Part shown: positions 22,298 through 34,320 of the stretch, in pieces
Layout: every line of letters starts with the position of its first letter
Numbering within the stretch: position 1 is the stretch's first letter
Assembly (NCBI RefSeq): GCF_001194135.2
Contig: NC_068983.1
Coordinates: 107,218,498-107,263,116 of the forward strand
Direction of reading: 5' to 3'
Source: Octopus bimaculoides
Taxonomy: Eukaryota
DNA: 44,619 bases
Made by a program: the position numbers and the translations under genes
Notes under the pieces: model-generated
Told to the model about the DNA's origin: nothing
The model's input: the letters and a program-made list of their open reading frames with translations, nothing else
Databases searched by the model: none

Positions 22298-23275
22298 AAC
22301 AAATAATAAATGAGTATGTGCATATATACGTACAGGTATGTGCATACCTACGTCTACCTGTATATATAGGTGCATATCTGGGTACAGGACATTGCAAACA
22401 AAACGTATACAAGAAAATAATAATAACCAAAGTACAGAAAACACACAAGCCACATAGAGAACATTTTCCTTCATCAGCTACCCCCGTTTTAACACCGGCG
22501 TTTCGAAGAGTTATATATATGGTTGAAACTTACAGAAAACAAAAGACGAAGACTGGTGTATAAACAACAGGCTGATGTATTAGTTTGATGCATGGGAAAG
22601 TGAGAAAGTCTTTTATGTTTAGAGCCTACTCTCTTGAACAGAAAGGAACACAAAGAAATAAAGAGAGAGAGAATAAAAAAAAAACTTGTGGATTTAGCGA
22701 TCAAACATGATATATATATATCACTATATATATTTATTAGCAACAGAAGCAGTATTAATATCAAGAGGTAATATTTATTTCCAGTTTAATGTGTATGTTT
22801 TGTCAGAACAAACTATACCTCAGTAGATACTATGAAAGAAACTCTCATATTGAATTTTGGTGCAAAATGCACTCTTATTATATTGCTAGCTTTGAGATAA
22901 ATTCCCACCATTTTCAATGCCAGGACCACCAAATTATATGACTTCAACCTTCATTGGTCTTGACAATGGATTAAAAAATACATATTAGCAACAGAGTCAG
23001 AATCAACACCAAGAGGTACATTTCCCATTAGTACTGGATTTGTTTTTATTAATGGTGTCTCCTGTCTTATTTAGCCATCTCTACTTACTGTCCACCAAAT
23101 CCAATTTAAATCTCTGGAGATACAGGTGTGGCGTACCGGTTTAGAATTTTAGCTGAAGATGGTGGGTTAATGTTATGATGTAATCTATAAATACATTAAT
23201 AAAATTCTACTGAAACAGCTGTCATAAATTTTAACCACCATTTGTGTTCTTTAATATATACACATATATACATTT

Positions 23276-23345
<70 letters not shown>

Positions 23346-24109
23346 GTACATATGTGTGTGTGTGTGTTTGTGCTAGTATAGCAAAACATGTATATAACAC
23401 AAATGCTTGAATGTATATCAAACATAATTTAATTATTTATTTTCAATCAGCATTTATCTTGCCTATATTGTGAAGGTTTCTATCTTTAAATTTTAAACTT
23501 AAATCATGATTTCCACTTTAATTATATATACATATGAAATTTTTTTGAGGAGTACACTAGTCTATATTGTACAGATTCAACTATGTATTTTGTCTGTTTT
23601 GCTAATTTCCAAGAGACTTAAGTCTACATTATATGTATACAGTAGTAAAACTTGCAGCATCTGTAACTCCCTTAATAGCACCACTCAAAGCTTAATTCAT
23701 CCCTGCAGCCCGTTCCCTTTAAATTCTAAGCACATTATCTCTCCTTTCAGCAGGAGACAGCATTTTTATTTGAATAACGTTAAAGTCTCATCTTATTACA
23801 CTTAGGTTATAGCCATATAGAATTCCAACAATACATTTGCAAATTAAAGTTCTAGCAGCACTTGAACAGATTAACAGTATTACAAAAACTAATCCCATGT
23901 ATTCTCTGCAGTACTTCAGAATTCTGTGATTGGTATTTCATTTTTTGTAACCTTGCCTTACATTCCATAACATTCCAGTTACACATTCACCATTCACACA
24001 CCACCCACATTAATAGTTGAGCATCACTCAGGAATTGAGCAAAATAAAAAAAAGTCATGTAATTAGTTTATATGCATTATGTGGATTATCCTAGTCCTAC
24101 ATTTATCCT

Positions 24110-24489
24110 GTGGAGGCGCAATGGCCCTGTGGTTAGGGCAGCGGACTCGCGGTCATAGGATTGTGGTTTCGATTCCCAGACCGGGCGTGTGAGTGTTTAT
24201 TGAGCGAAAACACCTAAAGCTCCACTAGGCTCCGGCAGGGGATGTTGGCGAATGCTGCTGTACTCTTTCACCACAACTCTCTCTCACTCTTACTTCCTGT
24301 TTCTGTTGTGCCTGTAATTCAAAGGGTCAGCCTTGTCATGCTGAATATCCCCGAGAACTACGTTAAGGGTACACGTGTCTGTGGAGTGCTCAGCCACTTG
24401 CACGTTAATTTCACGAGCAGGCTGTTCCGTTGATCGGATCAACTGGAACCCTCGACGTCGTAAATGACGGAATGCCAACAGCAACAACA
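24110..24489 (+). mobile_element. Apparently full-length, young tRNA-derived SINE (family D) with 11-bp TSD
   Basis: A-box-like TGGCCCTGTGG, B-box-like GGTTTCGATTCC, CpG-rich body, (CAA)n tail, TSD ACATTTATCCT at 24099-24109 and 24490-24500. Confidence 0.9.
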
Positions 24490-24599
24490 ACATTTATCCT
24501 AGAACACCCAAAACACTTTGCCACAACCCCACTTAGTTAGACATCATGAGCTCTCTTTGTTCTTTAGACACTAAGCATATAAGTCACTTACTGAAATAA

Positions 24600-24954
24600 A
24601 AAAACATTGGTGCCTTGCTGTACTCAAGAAGACTCCATCCTCAAAAGCAGAAGTGTTAATGCCACGCCCCCTGATGAAGAGGATTGACCTGAAAGAGCTC
24701 TGTGCGGGTGCCATGTAAAAAGCTCTTGTCTCAGCACCAAGTAAAAGTGCTCATACCAGTGCCATGTTAAAAGCACCCAGCACACTCTGTAAAGTGGTTG
24801 ATATTAAGAAGGGCATCCAGCCATAAAAACCTTGCTAAATCAGACTGGAACCTGGTGCAGCTCTCCTGATTTCCAAAGCTTTCCTTCCTGGTCAAATCAT
24901 CCAAGCCATACCAGCATGGAAAAAAGGATGTTAAAAGATGATGATAATGATGAT
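24600..24954 (+). mobile_element. 5'-truncated RTE-type LINE 3' end
   Basis: LAVLKKT-like ORF end at about 24615-24635, three GTGCCA..AAAAGCAC units, AAGGGCATCCAGC, tail GTTAAAAGATGATGATAATGATGAT. Confidence 0.7.
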
Positions 24955-26850
24955 TCCTAACATAACCATAAAACTCTGAAAGAGGACATACTCAATTTGA
25001 TTAACCCCTGAACATGATTGATACTTTTATCGAAAATAAATGTCAATGTCTCCCAATTAAAACTGAACACAAAATATTTGTACAAATTAGAACATCTACA
25101 ATATTAATTGCTTTACTAGAATCAAACTTTGTGGTATGTTGTTAATCATCTCTAAAATACACTAATATAATAACATCTGTGATGAGCTGACAAAGTCCAC
25201 CTTGACTAACTCCACTACAGCTGATACTGCATCATTAGATTGCCCAATCCTTGCATATCTTTAGTAGAGTTTTCTATGTTGCAAGTATTTGGGCCAGGTC
25301 TCTGATTTTTAGAGTAACTTTCTCCCTTCCTTCCATTAATATAGAGGGGAAGGCATGAAAAAATATTGGGTTATGGAGTTTACTCTTTTTTCTTTGACCA
25401 AGAGGTAAAAAAGAAATTAAGAACAAATTGAGCAACAGCATGCTATGTTTCAAATCCTTGTTTCCCTTCTACCCACATTGGTTTGGTGTTGTATAGTCTT
25501 AGAGTTGACTGAAGTAGAAATGAAAGGTTCAAATCTGACTGATGCTATTTAGCAACAATAAAAATACATGTTTAAAAAATATGTAAACTTGTTGGCAAAG
25601 CAAAAAACTGGGTAATAAAATTGAAAGGAAAATTGTTGTTTTAATAAAACTAGAATGTTAATTGAGTTTCAAGTTTACATCATCTGAATAATTGTACAAA
25701 ATCAAGATCTTTCCATTATTAGTGTCATAAAGCTACATATAATTTCTCATGCAATCTTACTGTGGTATCTTTTCTTTTAGCTGTTTGGGAAATTAGAATA
25801 ATCATTATTTAACGTCTTATAATCTAGAGCTGCCGTTTCAGTCCTTACTACTCGCTTGAGACTCTTTAAGGGAATAAAGATACTGGTAGGCAGCTCTTGA
25901 GTAAGACTTTTACCTCAGGTCATTGTCTCATTGGTTATTTCAGGAAGTAACTAGAATCAGTATGTTGTGTGACTTAAGGAGAGCTGCACTAGTGTGCATT
26001 GGTTGTAAAATAATCTTCGTGGGATCTTATGTAATTAGATGAAAAGTCAATACTTTTAGTACATTATGTGTACTGATGCAAGCAACTTATGACTAAAGTC
26101 AATAGATCCACTAGAAATAATTGATAACTTTTCTTATCTTACGTCAACTAGTTAATATTAGGAATGGAACAGAATCAGAACAGTGAGTGGGGTATAGTAT
26201 AAAGCGGGTGAAAGAAGATTAAAGTATGAAGCATATCTCAGCAATACTAAATCATATTTTGACAGTGAATTATACACAATAGTAATAGTAGTTGTAGTAG
26301 TAGTAAAGTATATTCAAGAATTATACAGGAACCACCTGAGTGTAATTTGTTGTATGGATGATGGAAGTATACAGGAGAGACTAAATTCAAGTGGGCTAAG
26401 AAAATGGTTAAGTGTTGGAAATATTAGTTGATGCATGTTAAAGTAATTACTGCTCCAATGCGAACATGTAGTGCATATGTATGTACTGCATAAATGCTTG
26501 AAAACAATATGCTTGCTAGTGTTAAAGCTGACTTATCTATTTTATGATGGAAAAGGTGCATTAAATTATAAATTATATCTAGGTTTCATTTTTTCCCCCT
26601 CTGATTCATAGAAATTTAATTGCATTTAATAGCAGTATATATGTGTGAGAGTGTATGTGTGTGTGTGTGTGTGAGCAAGAGAGAGAGAAAGAGAGTGTGT
26701 GTGTGCATGTGTATATGTGCATATATGCATGCGTGTGTGTTGCCATTAAATATCTGTATATAGACATGTACATATATATATATAGAAATCAATCTATCTA
26801 GCTGTGTGTACACACGCACGCGCATACACACATGTACATACATACGTTCT

Positions 26851-27243
26851 TTTATTCTTCTATTCTTTTACTTATTTTAGTCATTTGACTGTGGCCATGC
26901 TGGAACACCACACTTAGTTGAGAAATTCAACCCCAGAACTTAATCTTTGTAAGCCTAGTACTTGTTTTATTGGTCTCTTTTGCTGAACTGCTAAGTTACA
27001 GTGATGCAAACACACCAACATCGGATGTCAAGTGATAGTAGGGGACAAATACAGACACACACATAAATACACACACACACACACACACGATGGACTTCTT
27101 TCAGTCTCTATCTACCAAATCCACTTACAAGGCCTTGGTCAGCCTGAGGCTATTGTAGAAGACACTTCCCCATGGTGCCACACAGTGGGAGTGAACCTGG
27201 AACCGTATGGTTGGGAAGCAAGCGTCTTATCACACAGCCACAC
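26851..27243 (-). mobile_element. SINE family A, near full length, with internal (GT)n
   Basis: Minus strand GTGGCTGTGTGATAAG..CTTGCTTCCCAACC..GGTTCCAGGTTCACTCCCACTG (A/B-box-like); colinear with 28025, 32818 and 33538 copies. Confidence 0.85.
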
Positions 27244-27396
27244 TTATATACATACATACATACATACATACATTTATATATACGTGTGTGTGTGTGTGTG
27301 TATCACATGGGCTAAAGTGATTTCTATAATAGTTTCAGTTTGACCAATGACTTTTATGTAGAATTTAGAGACAAGAACTGTGCAGAAGTAGCCCAT

Positions 27397-27431
<35 letters not shown>

Positions 27432-28024
27432 ATTCGCACATGTACATGTTTCATTTCTGCTATATTTTGACCTCCATAAACTTTCTCATTACACTCTCCC
27501 CACATCACAGTCTTGCACTTTTAATACCCTGTCTTCTATCACACTGCATCCTTCTGTCACTCTCTCACCTCCATTGCATTGTTCATACTCTTTTTATTCA
27601 ATCTCCTTGTCAACAATCTCATCTAGCTCTTCATCTGTTTCCCTATCTTCTAATTTCTCTTGCTTCTCTCATTTCAGTTTTCCTCTTCTTTTTATCTTCT
27701 ACTACCCATTTGTTCTGTGTCTCTTCTCAGCCGCATGTGTGGGAAAGAAAGAAATGGATATATGGAAACAATGCAAGGAAGAAAGGACACTCTTTACTGT
27801 AGCTTGGAGGAGACAAGCCTCTGGTATCCATGAATGCATGAATGGGGACAACTTAAGATAGAGAGGACACTTTCATCTTGCTGGGAATGAGACTATCTCT
27901 CTAATGCTGGCCCCATGAGAAAATGTACCCTGTGTATTACATAAAGTAAGAACATCGAGTTATTAAGAAAATAACATGCCTAAGATGGAATGAGTGAGGA
28001 GGGTCATCAACCCATGTGTGGGCT

Positions 28025-28458
28025 GCATGACTATGTGATTAGAAGCTTGTGTCTCAGCTACATGGTTCCATGTTCAGTCCCACTGTGTGACACCTTAGGC
28101 AAGTCTTTTACTTTAACCTCAGGTTGACCAAAGCCTTGTAAGTGGATATGGTAGATAGAAACTGAAAGAAACCCAATGCATATGTGTGTGCGTGTGTGTA
28201 TCTGTGTGTGTGTGTGTGTGTGTGTGCATGTGTGTGTGTATATGTGTGTACGTGTGTGTGTGTCTGTTTGTACACCATCACCACTTGACAATCAGTGTTG
28301 GTGTGTTTATATCCCTGTAAATTAGCTGTTTGACAAAAAGAGACCGATAGAATAAGTGCCACACATTAAAAAAATAAATACTGGGTTTGATTCATTTGCC
28401 TAAAAGTTGAAGTCAGTGCCCCAGCATGACTGCAATTTGGTGATTGAAACAAGAAAAA
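28025..28458 (+). mobile_element. SINE family A
   Basis: AGAAGCTTG..ATGGTTCCATGTTCAGTCCCACTG..GACCAAAGCCTTG..internal (GT)n..GAGACCGATAGAATAAGT..CCAGCATG. Confidence 0.8.
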
Positions 28459-29767
28459 TATATATGTATGTATATAATCTGGTTCCCCTTGATGCATATG
28501 CAAACAACAGAGAGAAACAATGCCGTTAGCATTTTCATGAAAAATAGTTGTAAAAAATCAGAGAAGCTTTGAGCTCTACATTCAAGAATCATCACATTAC
28601 AATTTTCTTTTTCTTTTTTTTTTTTNNNNNNNNNNTTTTTTTTTTGTCCTGTCATTATATCAAGATATACAGAATAAACCATGAAGATATAGTCAATAAT
28701 AGAGTCAAACTGAACACAAGAAAACACATAGGTTATAGATCTTATTTGTATTCAGAAATTTGAAAAATGTTATGATATGCATGTCCAGAGTATGTATAAT
28801 ACTTCGGGAATGCTCTATTATGCAGTATGACATAAGCATTTGGCTAATGGATGGTCTTTTTCTGAGATAATAATGCAGATAAATTAGAAAGCATAACGTT
28901 GTAAGTGGCGTAAAAGGAAAGTGGTATACGTTTAAATGAGATTTAAAGAATGTTGTTATTGACAGCATTCACAATGGCCTTGGTGAGAAAATGAAAAATG
29001 CTTCTACTTACAACAGCTAACAAAAATCCACTCAGAGCCGGAAACAATGCATTAATACTGTATCTCTTATTATATGTCATACATCTATCATGGTGATCAA
29101 GCATTATGAACCAACTATTATAACCTCTTAAACTTCTATAAAATATGTGTAGCCGTTAGCATGCTTACATCAATTTTCTCTGCATTTCCTTTTATATATG
29201 TGTAAGTATGTTTTATGCATTTCCTGTTCTGCTCTTGTAGAAAATCCCATTTGACTGCATGGAAACATAATGAGAGTTGGTGGCTGTCAAACAAGCTACT
29301 CGTTTTGACCATGTAAAGTAGGTTAGGTCTGTTCCCAACATAAATATTCATTTTCGAAAATTGTTGTAAAATCTGGTGTAGAGAAAATTATTCCAAGACG
29401 ACCATTACCAAACAGTGTGTGTAGAAAATTCTTTGCTGCATGTATAAAGTAGTTACATATTCATATTATCTAAAGTACATGGCCTACATGTCGTGAAAAT
29501 TGATCTAAAGTTGCCTAAGAAGGCAACATAAATGAATTCAACTCTCTTGGCTGTATTTTGTAAGGACACATCATGCAAATAGTGAAGCAGCAGGTTTACC
29601 CAAAGAGTAATTTTATAAGGAACCATTAAAATACTCACCAATCATACATGCATACCCACACACAATTGTACACACATATATACATGCACACACACACACA
29701 CACAGAGTCTTTCTCCTATTGTTCTACTTGTTTCTTTCTGAAATAAACTACCCCTTTTAGACACAAA

Positions 29768-29990
29768 CCCTTTTGCATTCAGATTACTCTGTCAAATGTA
29801 AATTTTACTTATTCATACGTAAAGTTTGAATTAAGCATGCATTATCTCATAGCTTTGAGATTTCGATGATGTGATTGTTTATTTTTAGTATGACATTGTT
29901 GGGTAAGTGTGAGAGTCTACATCTGGCCAGTTGGCACATAAAACAAGTAGAATATTTGGACCAGATATGGCTAGCTTAAATGCTATAGGG
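29768..29990. mobile_element. piggyBac-like MITE, copy 2
   Basis: CCCTTTTGCATT...AATGCTATAGGG followed by TTAA (29991-29994); homologous to 4025-4238. Confidence 0.7.
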
Positions 29991-30347
29991 TTAAATAAAC
30001 TAGAGACTGTAAATATATCCAGTACCTAAACACTTATTAAAGGAGATCAAAACATAGACAATTTCTCAGTTTTCCTCAAATAAATAATATATTGAGTTTC
30101 TGAATATTTTCCTGTTCTATTTCATTATGGTAAAAACTCTGTCACAGTTTTTGACTGGAATTTCTTCAGATTAGAAATTTTGATTGCTCCATTATGATAT
30201 CTTCCTCCTTTCTCTGTGAGGTTGGTTGAATGACTCTTGACGATTGCTTTGACAAGAACTCATCACTTTGACTTGCTTCATTGCAGTATCTCAACAGGAG
30301 GAATATAAGTTGTCCATCCATTGTTTTACACCATTACCCTACTGCCA

Positions 30348-30391
30348 ATTTGAGGCAAGCATTAATATGCTTATTAATGCTTGCCTCAAAT
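30348..30391. repeat. Perfect 20-bp-stem hairpin with 4-nt loop
   Basis: ATTTGAGGCAAGCATTAATA-TGCT-TATTAATGCTTGCCTCAAAT. Confidence 0.9.
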
Positions 30392-30996
30392 AATACAAAC
30401 AGTACCAAACATGATGTTAGCACAATATTATCAAATAACTGACTGTAATTATGGCTAAAGTACACCTCCTTGACTTATGACTAAGTTATATTCTGACTGA
30501 GAGGTCAAATAGGTTATAAAAATATAAATCAAAAAAATTCAATTCATAATTAATGTACTTAATGTGAAATATATGTATTCTGTCATACTGTAAAAAAAAA
30601 AAAATCTAAAATTAATGTAAAAATGAATGCAAATAAAATTCTGCATACATACAATAAAAAAAAGTTGTTCCTGTGAAAAAAAGTGCAATTGAAAATAAGG
30701 TTTTAATCATCACAGTCATATTCATGGGTTGAGGTAGATGGGTTTTTTTTGAGGAACATGGTCAACTTTGTTTGAATAGTTTTTGATTGTTTTTTTTCAG
30801 GACATCTCTTATGATAACAACGCACAGCATCTTGAATGATATGTTCAACTTTTGCAAAGCATCCGACATTAGGATCCATTGCCTCCCTCAGACCCAGGCA
30901 GTGGATGTCTGGGTCTGAGGGAGGCCTGTGTTGTCAGATGCTGCCATAATTATCATACATGCAGCTGCCCAATGTCCGAAAATCGGTTTTTTATTC

Positions 30997-31490
30997 ATCA
31001 TCATTATCATCATCATCATCATCATTTAATGTTCGTTTTCCATGCTAGCATGGGTTGGACGGTTCGACCGGAGTCTGAAAAGCCAGGAGGCTGCACCAGG
31101 CTTCAGTCTGATCTGACAGTGTTTCTACAGCTGGATGCCCTTTCTAACGCCAACCACTCCGTGAGTGTAGTGGGTGCTTTTTATGTGCCACTGGCACAGG
31201 GGCCAGAGGAGGCTGACAGTGGCCATGATCGGTCGGTGCTTTTTATGTGCCACTGGCATGGAAGCCTGTCAAGGCAGCACTGCCATCAGCCACGTTCAGA
31301 TGGTGCTTTTTACATGTCACCAGTAAAGGTATTACAACTGCAATTTCCATTTGATTTTCATTTTGATGTTGATGTATTTGACTCAATAGGTCTCTTCAAG
31401 CACAGCAGGCCGCCCTACGATCAAAGGTACTTTTGAATGGGCTGGAGCTGGTTATGCAAAACTGGTGTAGGATACAGCCATGAACTCACT
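30997..31490 (-). mobile_element. 5'-truncated RTE-type LINE 3' region
   Basis: (CAT)n at about 30997-31025, then the reverse complement of the 18400-18567 tail (CTGGATGCCCTTTCTAACGCCAACCACTC) and three GTGCTTTTTA(T/C).. units. The 5' boundary is approximate. Confidence 0.8.
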
Positions 31491-32172
31491 TTATTGTCAG
31501 GTTTTATGTATTTATGTATTTGTTATTTATTTATTTACTATGGTCATAAGTGCGGATGGTCATAAGCTACATAGGAGAAGGTGTGTATTAGTGTCCACTG
31601 TATGCTGTGTTTAGCAAGCTTGGATTGCCTATTTGATTTAAGACATAAGAACTGTTTTTGCAAGCTGTCTTCAGGATGCAATATAAAGCCAGCAACATAA
31701 ATCAAAACTGCTGATTTTGTACTGTTGCTCAGCATTTTAAAATTGTGCATCACAGTCACACATGATGATATAACCACATTTTATATTTCACACATTTTAT
31801 AACTTTTATATTTTAAATTTCAAAATTGCTTTTTTTTCTTTTTTACGTTACATATGTAGATATAAGAAATCAATGGTTCTGTGTTTATCTTAGTAGCATT
31901 GTTTCTGCTTTCCTATTCCACATTGAAGAACAAACGAGTCAATGAGAAACTTTTTCAGAAGCAAGATGAAATCAACAGCATAGAAAATTGATAACCAATA
32001 ATCTAATATTAGATCAACCCCAGTACTAGACTGACATACAGACATTTTATCTACTAAAGATGTACCAGTTCTGCTAATCAACCTTAACCATATTAACAAT
32101 CAGCAAGTTAAGGATGTATGTATGTATGTGTGCATGTGTGTGTGTACAAATGTATATGTATGCAATTATGTA

Positions 32173-32210
<38 letters not shown>

Positions 32211-32261
32211 NNNNNNNNNNNNNNNNNNNNNNNNNNNNNNNNNNNNNNNNNNNNNNNNNNN

Positions 32262-32299
<38 letters not shown>

Positions 32300-32564
32300 G
32301 TGTGTATATATGTATCACTTGATATATATATGTACATATATATATATACATACATACATTTATATGTGTGTGTATGCATTTGTACATATAAATACACACA
32401 CACGCACACACTCACATATATATTTGTTTTTATTATATATGTCTATTCCTATGCATGTATATAGTGAATGCTAACCCTTTCCACTGTGATTATTAATTAT
32501 TTCCAAATAGATGTTCCAAAGCTGCCACAGATTGCTATAATTGAGCTTCTCTTGCACAGTTTAC

Positions 32565-32760
32565 CTGTTGTAGTTGTTGTTCAGACTCAAATCATTATTG
32601 ATCATGATGGCCTATGATCAAAATTTATTCTTGTGTAACAATCCTATACACAGAGAAACCAAGACTGAGTTATCCAATGTCTTCTTTTCTCAGACAGTAA
32701 GGTGTGATTGAAGGAGATGAGATTTGGCTGCTATTTTTAGCAGGATGTACAACCATGTAG
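32565..32760 (-). mobile_element. Short interspersed repeat family E, (AAC)n tail on its own strand
   Basis: Shares AATAGCAGCCAAAT and downstream segments with 33995-34165 and 34190-34320. Confidence 0.5.
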
Positions 32761-32817
32761 AAACTCCATTGTTGACTTACAGTTTACCTGTTTCACGATA
32801 GCAAGTGAATATATTTA

Positions 32818-33229
32818 GAGTGGCAAGAAGCTTGCTTCTCAACTGCATGGTTATGGGTTCAATCCCACTGCATGGTGCCTTAGGCAAGTGTCTTTTACTG
32901 TAACCTTTGGCTGACCAAAGCCTTGCAAGTATATTTGATAGATTGAAACCGAAAGAAGCCCATCATATACACACATATATATAGACATATGTGTGTGTGT
33001 GTGTGTGTGGATATGTTTTTGTGTCTATGTTTGTCCCCACCACTTGACAACTGGTATTGGTGTATTTATGTCCCCTTAACCTAGTGGTTCGGTGAAAGAG
33101 ACTGATAGAATAAGTATCAGGTTTTAAAAAAATAAGTACTGGGGTTGATTTCTTCAACTAAAACTTCAAAATGGTGCTCCAGCTTGGCCACAGGCCACAG
33201 TCTAATGACTGAAGCAGATAAGATAAAAG
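32818..33229 (+). mobile_element. SINE family A
   Basis: AAGAAGCTTGCTTCTCAAC..GGGTTCAATCCCACTG..GACCAAAGCCTTG..TGGTGCTCCAGC; colinear with the other A copies. Confidence 0.8.
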
Positions 33230-33290
33230 GCAGCTACATTTACTTCATTTCTCTTCCCTATTTCTGTCTTATTTAGAAACCTAACATACT

Positions 33291-33503
33291 CTTTTCTACT
33301 CTAGGCATAAGGCCCAGAAATTTTGAGGAGGGGGCAGTCGATTAGGTCGACCCCAGTATGCCACTAGTACTTAATTTATCGACCCCAAAAGGATGAAAGG
33401 CAAAGTCGACCTTGGCAGAATTTGAACTCAGAATGTAAAGACAGATGAAATACCGCTAAGCATTTCGCCCAGCATGCTTACGCTTCTGCTAGCTCGCAAC
33501 CTT
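33291..33503 (-). mobile_element. SINE family C with 14-bp TSD
   Basis: TSD AAACCTAACATACT at 33277-33290 and 33508-33521; B-box-like GAGTTCAAATTC; core GTCGACTTTGCCTTTCATCC on the minus strand. Confidence 0.9.
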
Positions 33504-33537
33504 AAAAAAACCTAACATACTGTCATTTAAACAATGA

Positions 33538-33950
33538 GGCCTAGTGGCTGTGTGGTAAACAGCTTGCTTCCCAACCACATTGTTTCAGATTCAGTGCCAC
33601 TGTGTGGCACCTTGGGTAACTGCCTTATGCTATAGCCTGAGGCCAGCCAAAGACTTCTGAGTAGATTTGGGGAACAGAAACTGAAAAAAACCCGTCATAT
33701 ATGTGTGTGTCTTTGTATATATATCGTATATGTGTGTATATATCTATGTGTGTGTATCTTTGTGTCTGTGTCTGTCCCCTCACACTGCTTGAAAACCAGT
33801 GTTGATGTGTTTATGTCCCTGTAACTTAGCAGTTTGGCATAAGAGACTAATAGAATAAGTACTTGGCCTCAAAAAAAAAGTCCAGGAGTCAATTTGTTCA
33901 ACTAAAATTTTTCAAGGTGGTGCTCTAGCATGGCTACAGTCAAAAGATAA
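33538..33950 (+). mobile_element. SINE family A
   Basis: GTGGCTGTGTGGTAAACAGCTTGCTTCCCAACCACAT..GGCACCTTGGG..GGTGGTGCTCTAGCATGGC. Confidence 0.8.
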
Positions 33951-33994
33951 AACTTAACTGTATTATAATGTTCTAATGCATCTTCTATATTGTT

Positions 33995-34320
33995 ACATGC
34001 AATAGCAGCCAAATTTCTCATTTAATTTTTAAAAAGGATACAATATTATCTTTGGTGGGTGTCTGAAAAAATGAGATAGCATAGTTGCAGCTAGCTGTAA
34101 TACATTTCCTTATAAATCTGCAATATCATGGCTGGCCTGGGGTTAAACAACTAATAATAACAGTGATATTCACACTGATCTATTGTTCTGCCAGAAATAG
34201 CAACCAAATTTCCCCTAAATAATACCTCAACAGTCATAAAAAAAAGAAGAAAGTTTTCATTGAATAATGTAGTTCTAAATATAGTCTTCTGTCTGAATAA
34301 AAATGTTTGATATAAGTCTT
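33995..34320 (+). mobile_element. Two adjacent degenerate copies of repeat family E
   Basis: AATAGCAGCCAAAT (34001) and AATAGCAACCAAAT (34196); the first ends CTGGGGTTAAACAACTAATAATAAC. Confidence 0.45.

Noticed and set aside
22606-22645. Hammerhead-like layout on the minus strand (CTTT CTGTTCA AGAG..CTC TAAAC ATA AAAG)
   Set aside because: Four mismatches at conserved core positions; cannot be distinguished from chance without a family consensus.
24110-24187. tRNA-like sequence with A and B boxes
   Set aside because: It is the head of a SINE (continues into the SINE body, has a TSD) and I could not fold a complete cloverleaf.
24661-24706. CTGATGA...GAAA followed by palindromic GAGCTC, hammerhead-like
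   Set aside because: The cleavage triplet would end in G, stem I does not pair, and the segment lies within an RTE 3' region.
27340-27861. 173-aa ORF rich in S/L/F
   Set aside because: Derived from (GT)n plus a CT-rich low-complexity tract; no domain recognised.
31544-31777. LIYVAGFILH, resembling the YIAGY motif of P/Transib-type transposases
   Set aside because: Only a five-residue similarity, with no following CxxC and no TIRs.
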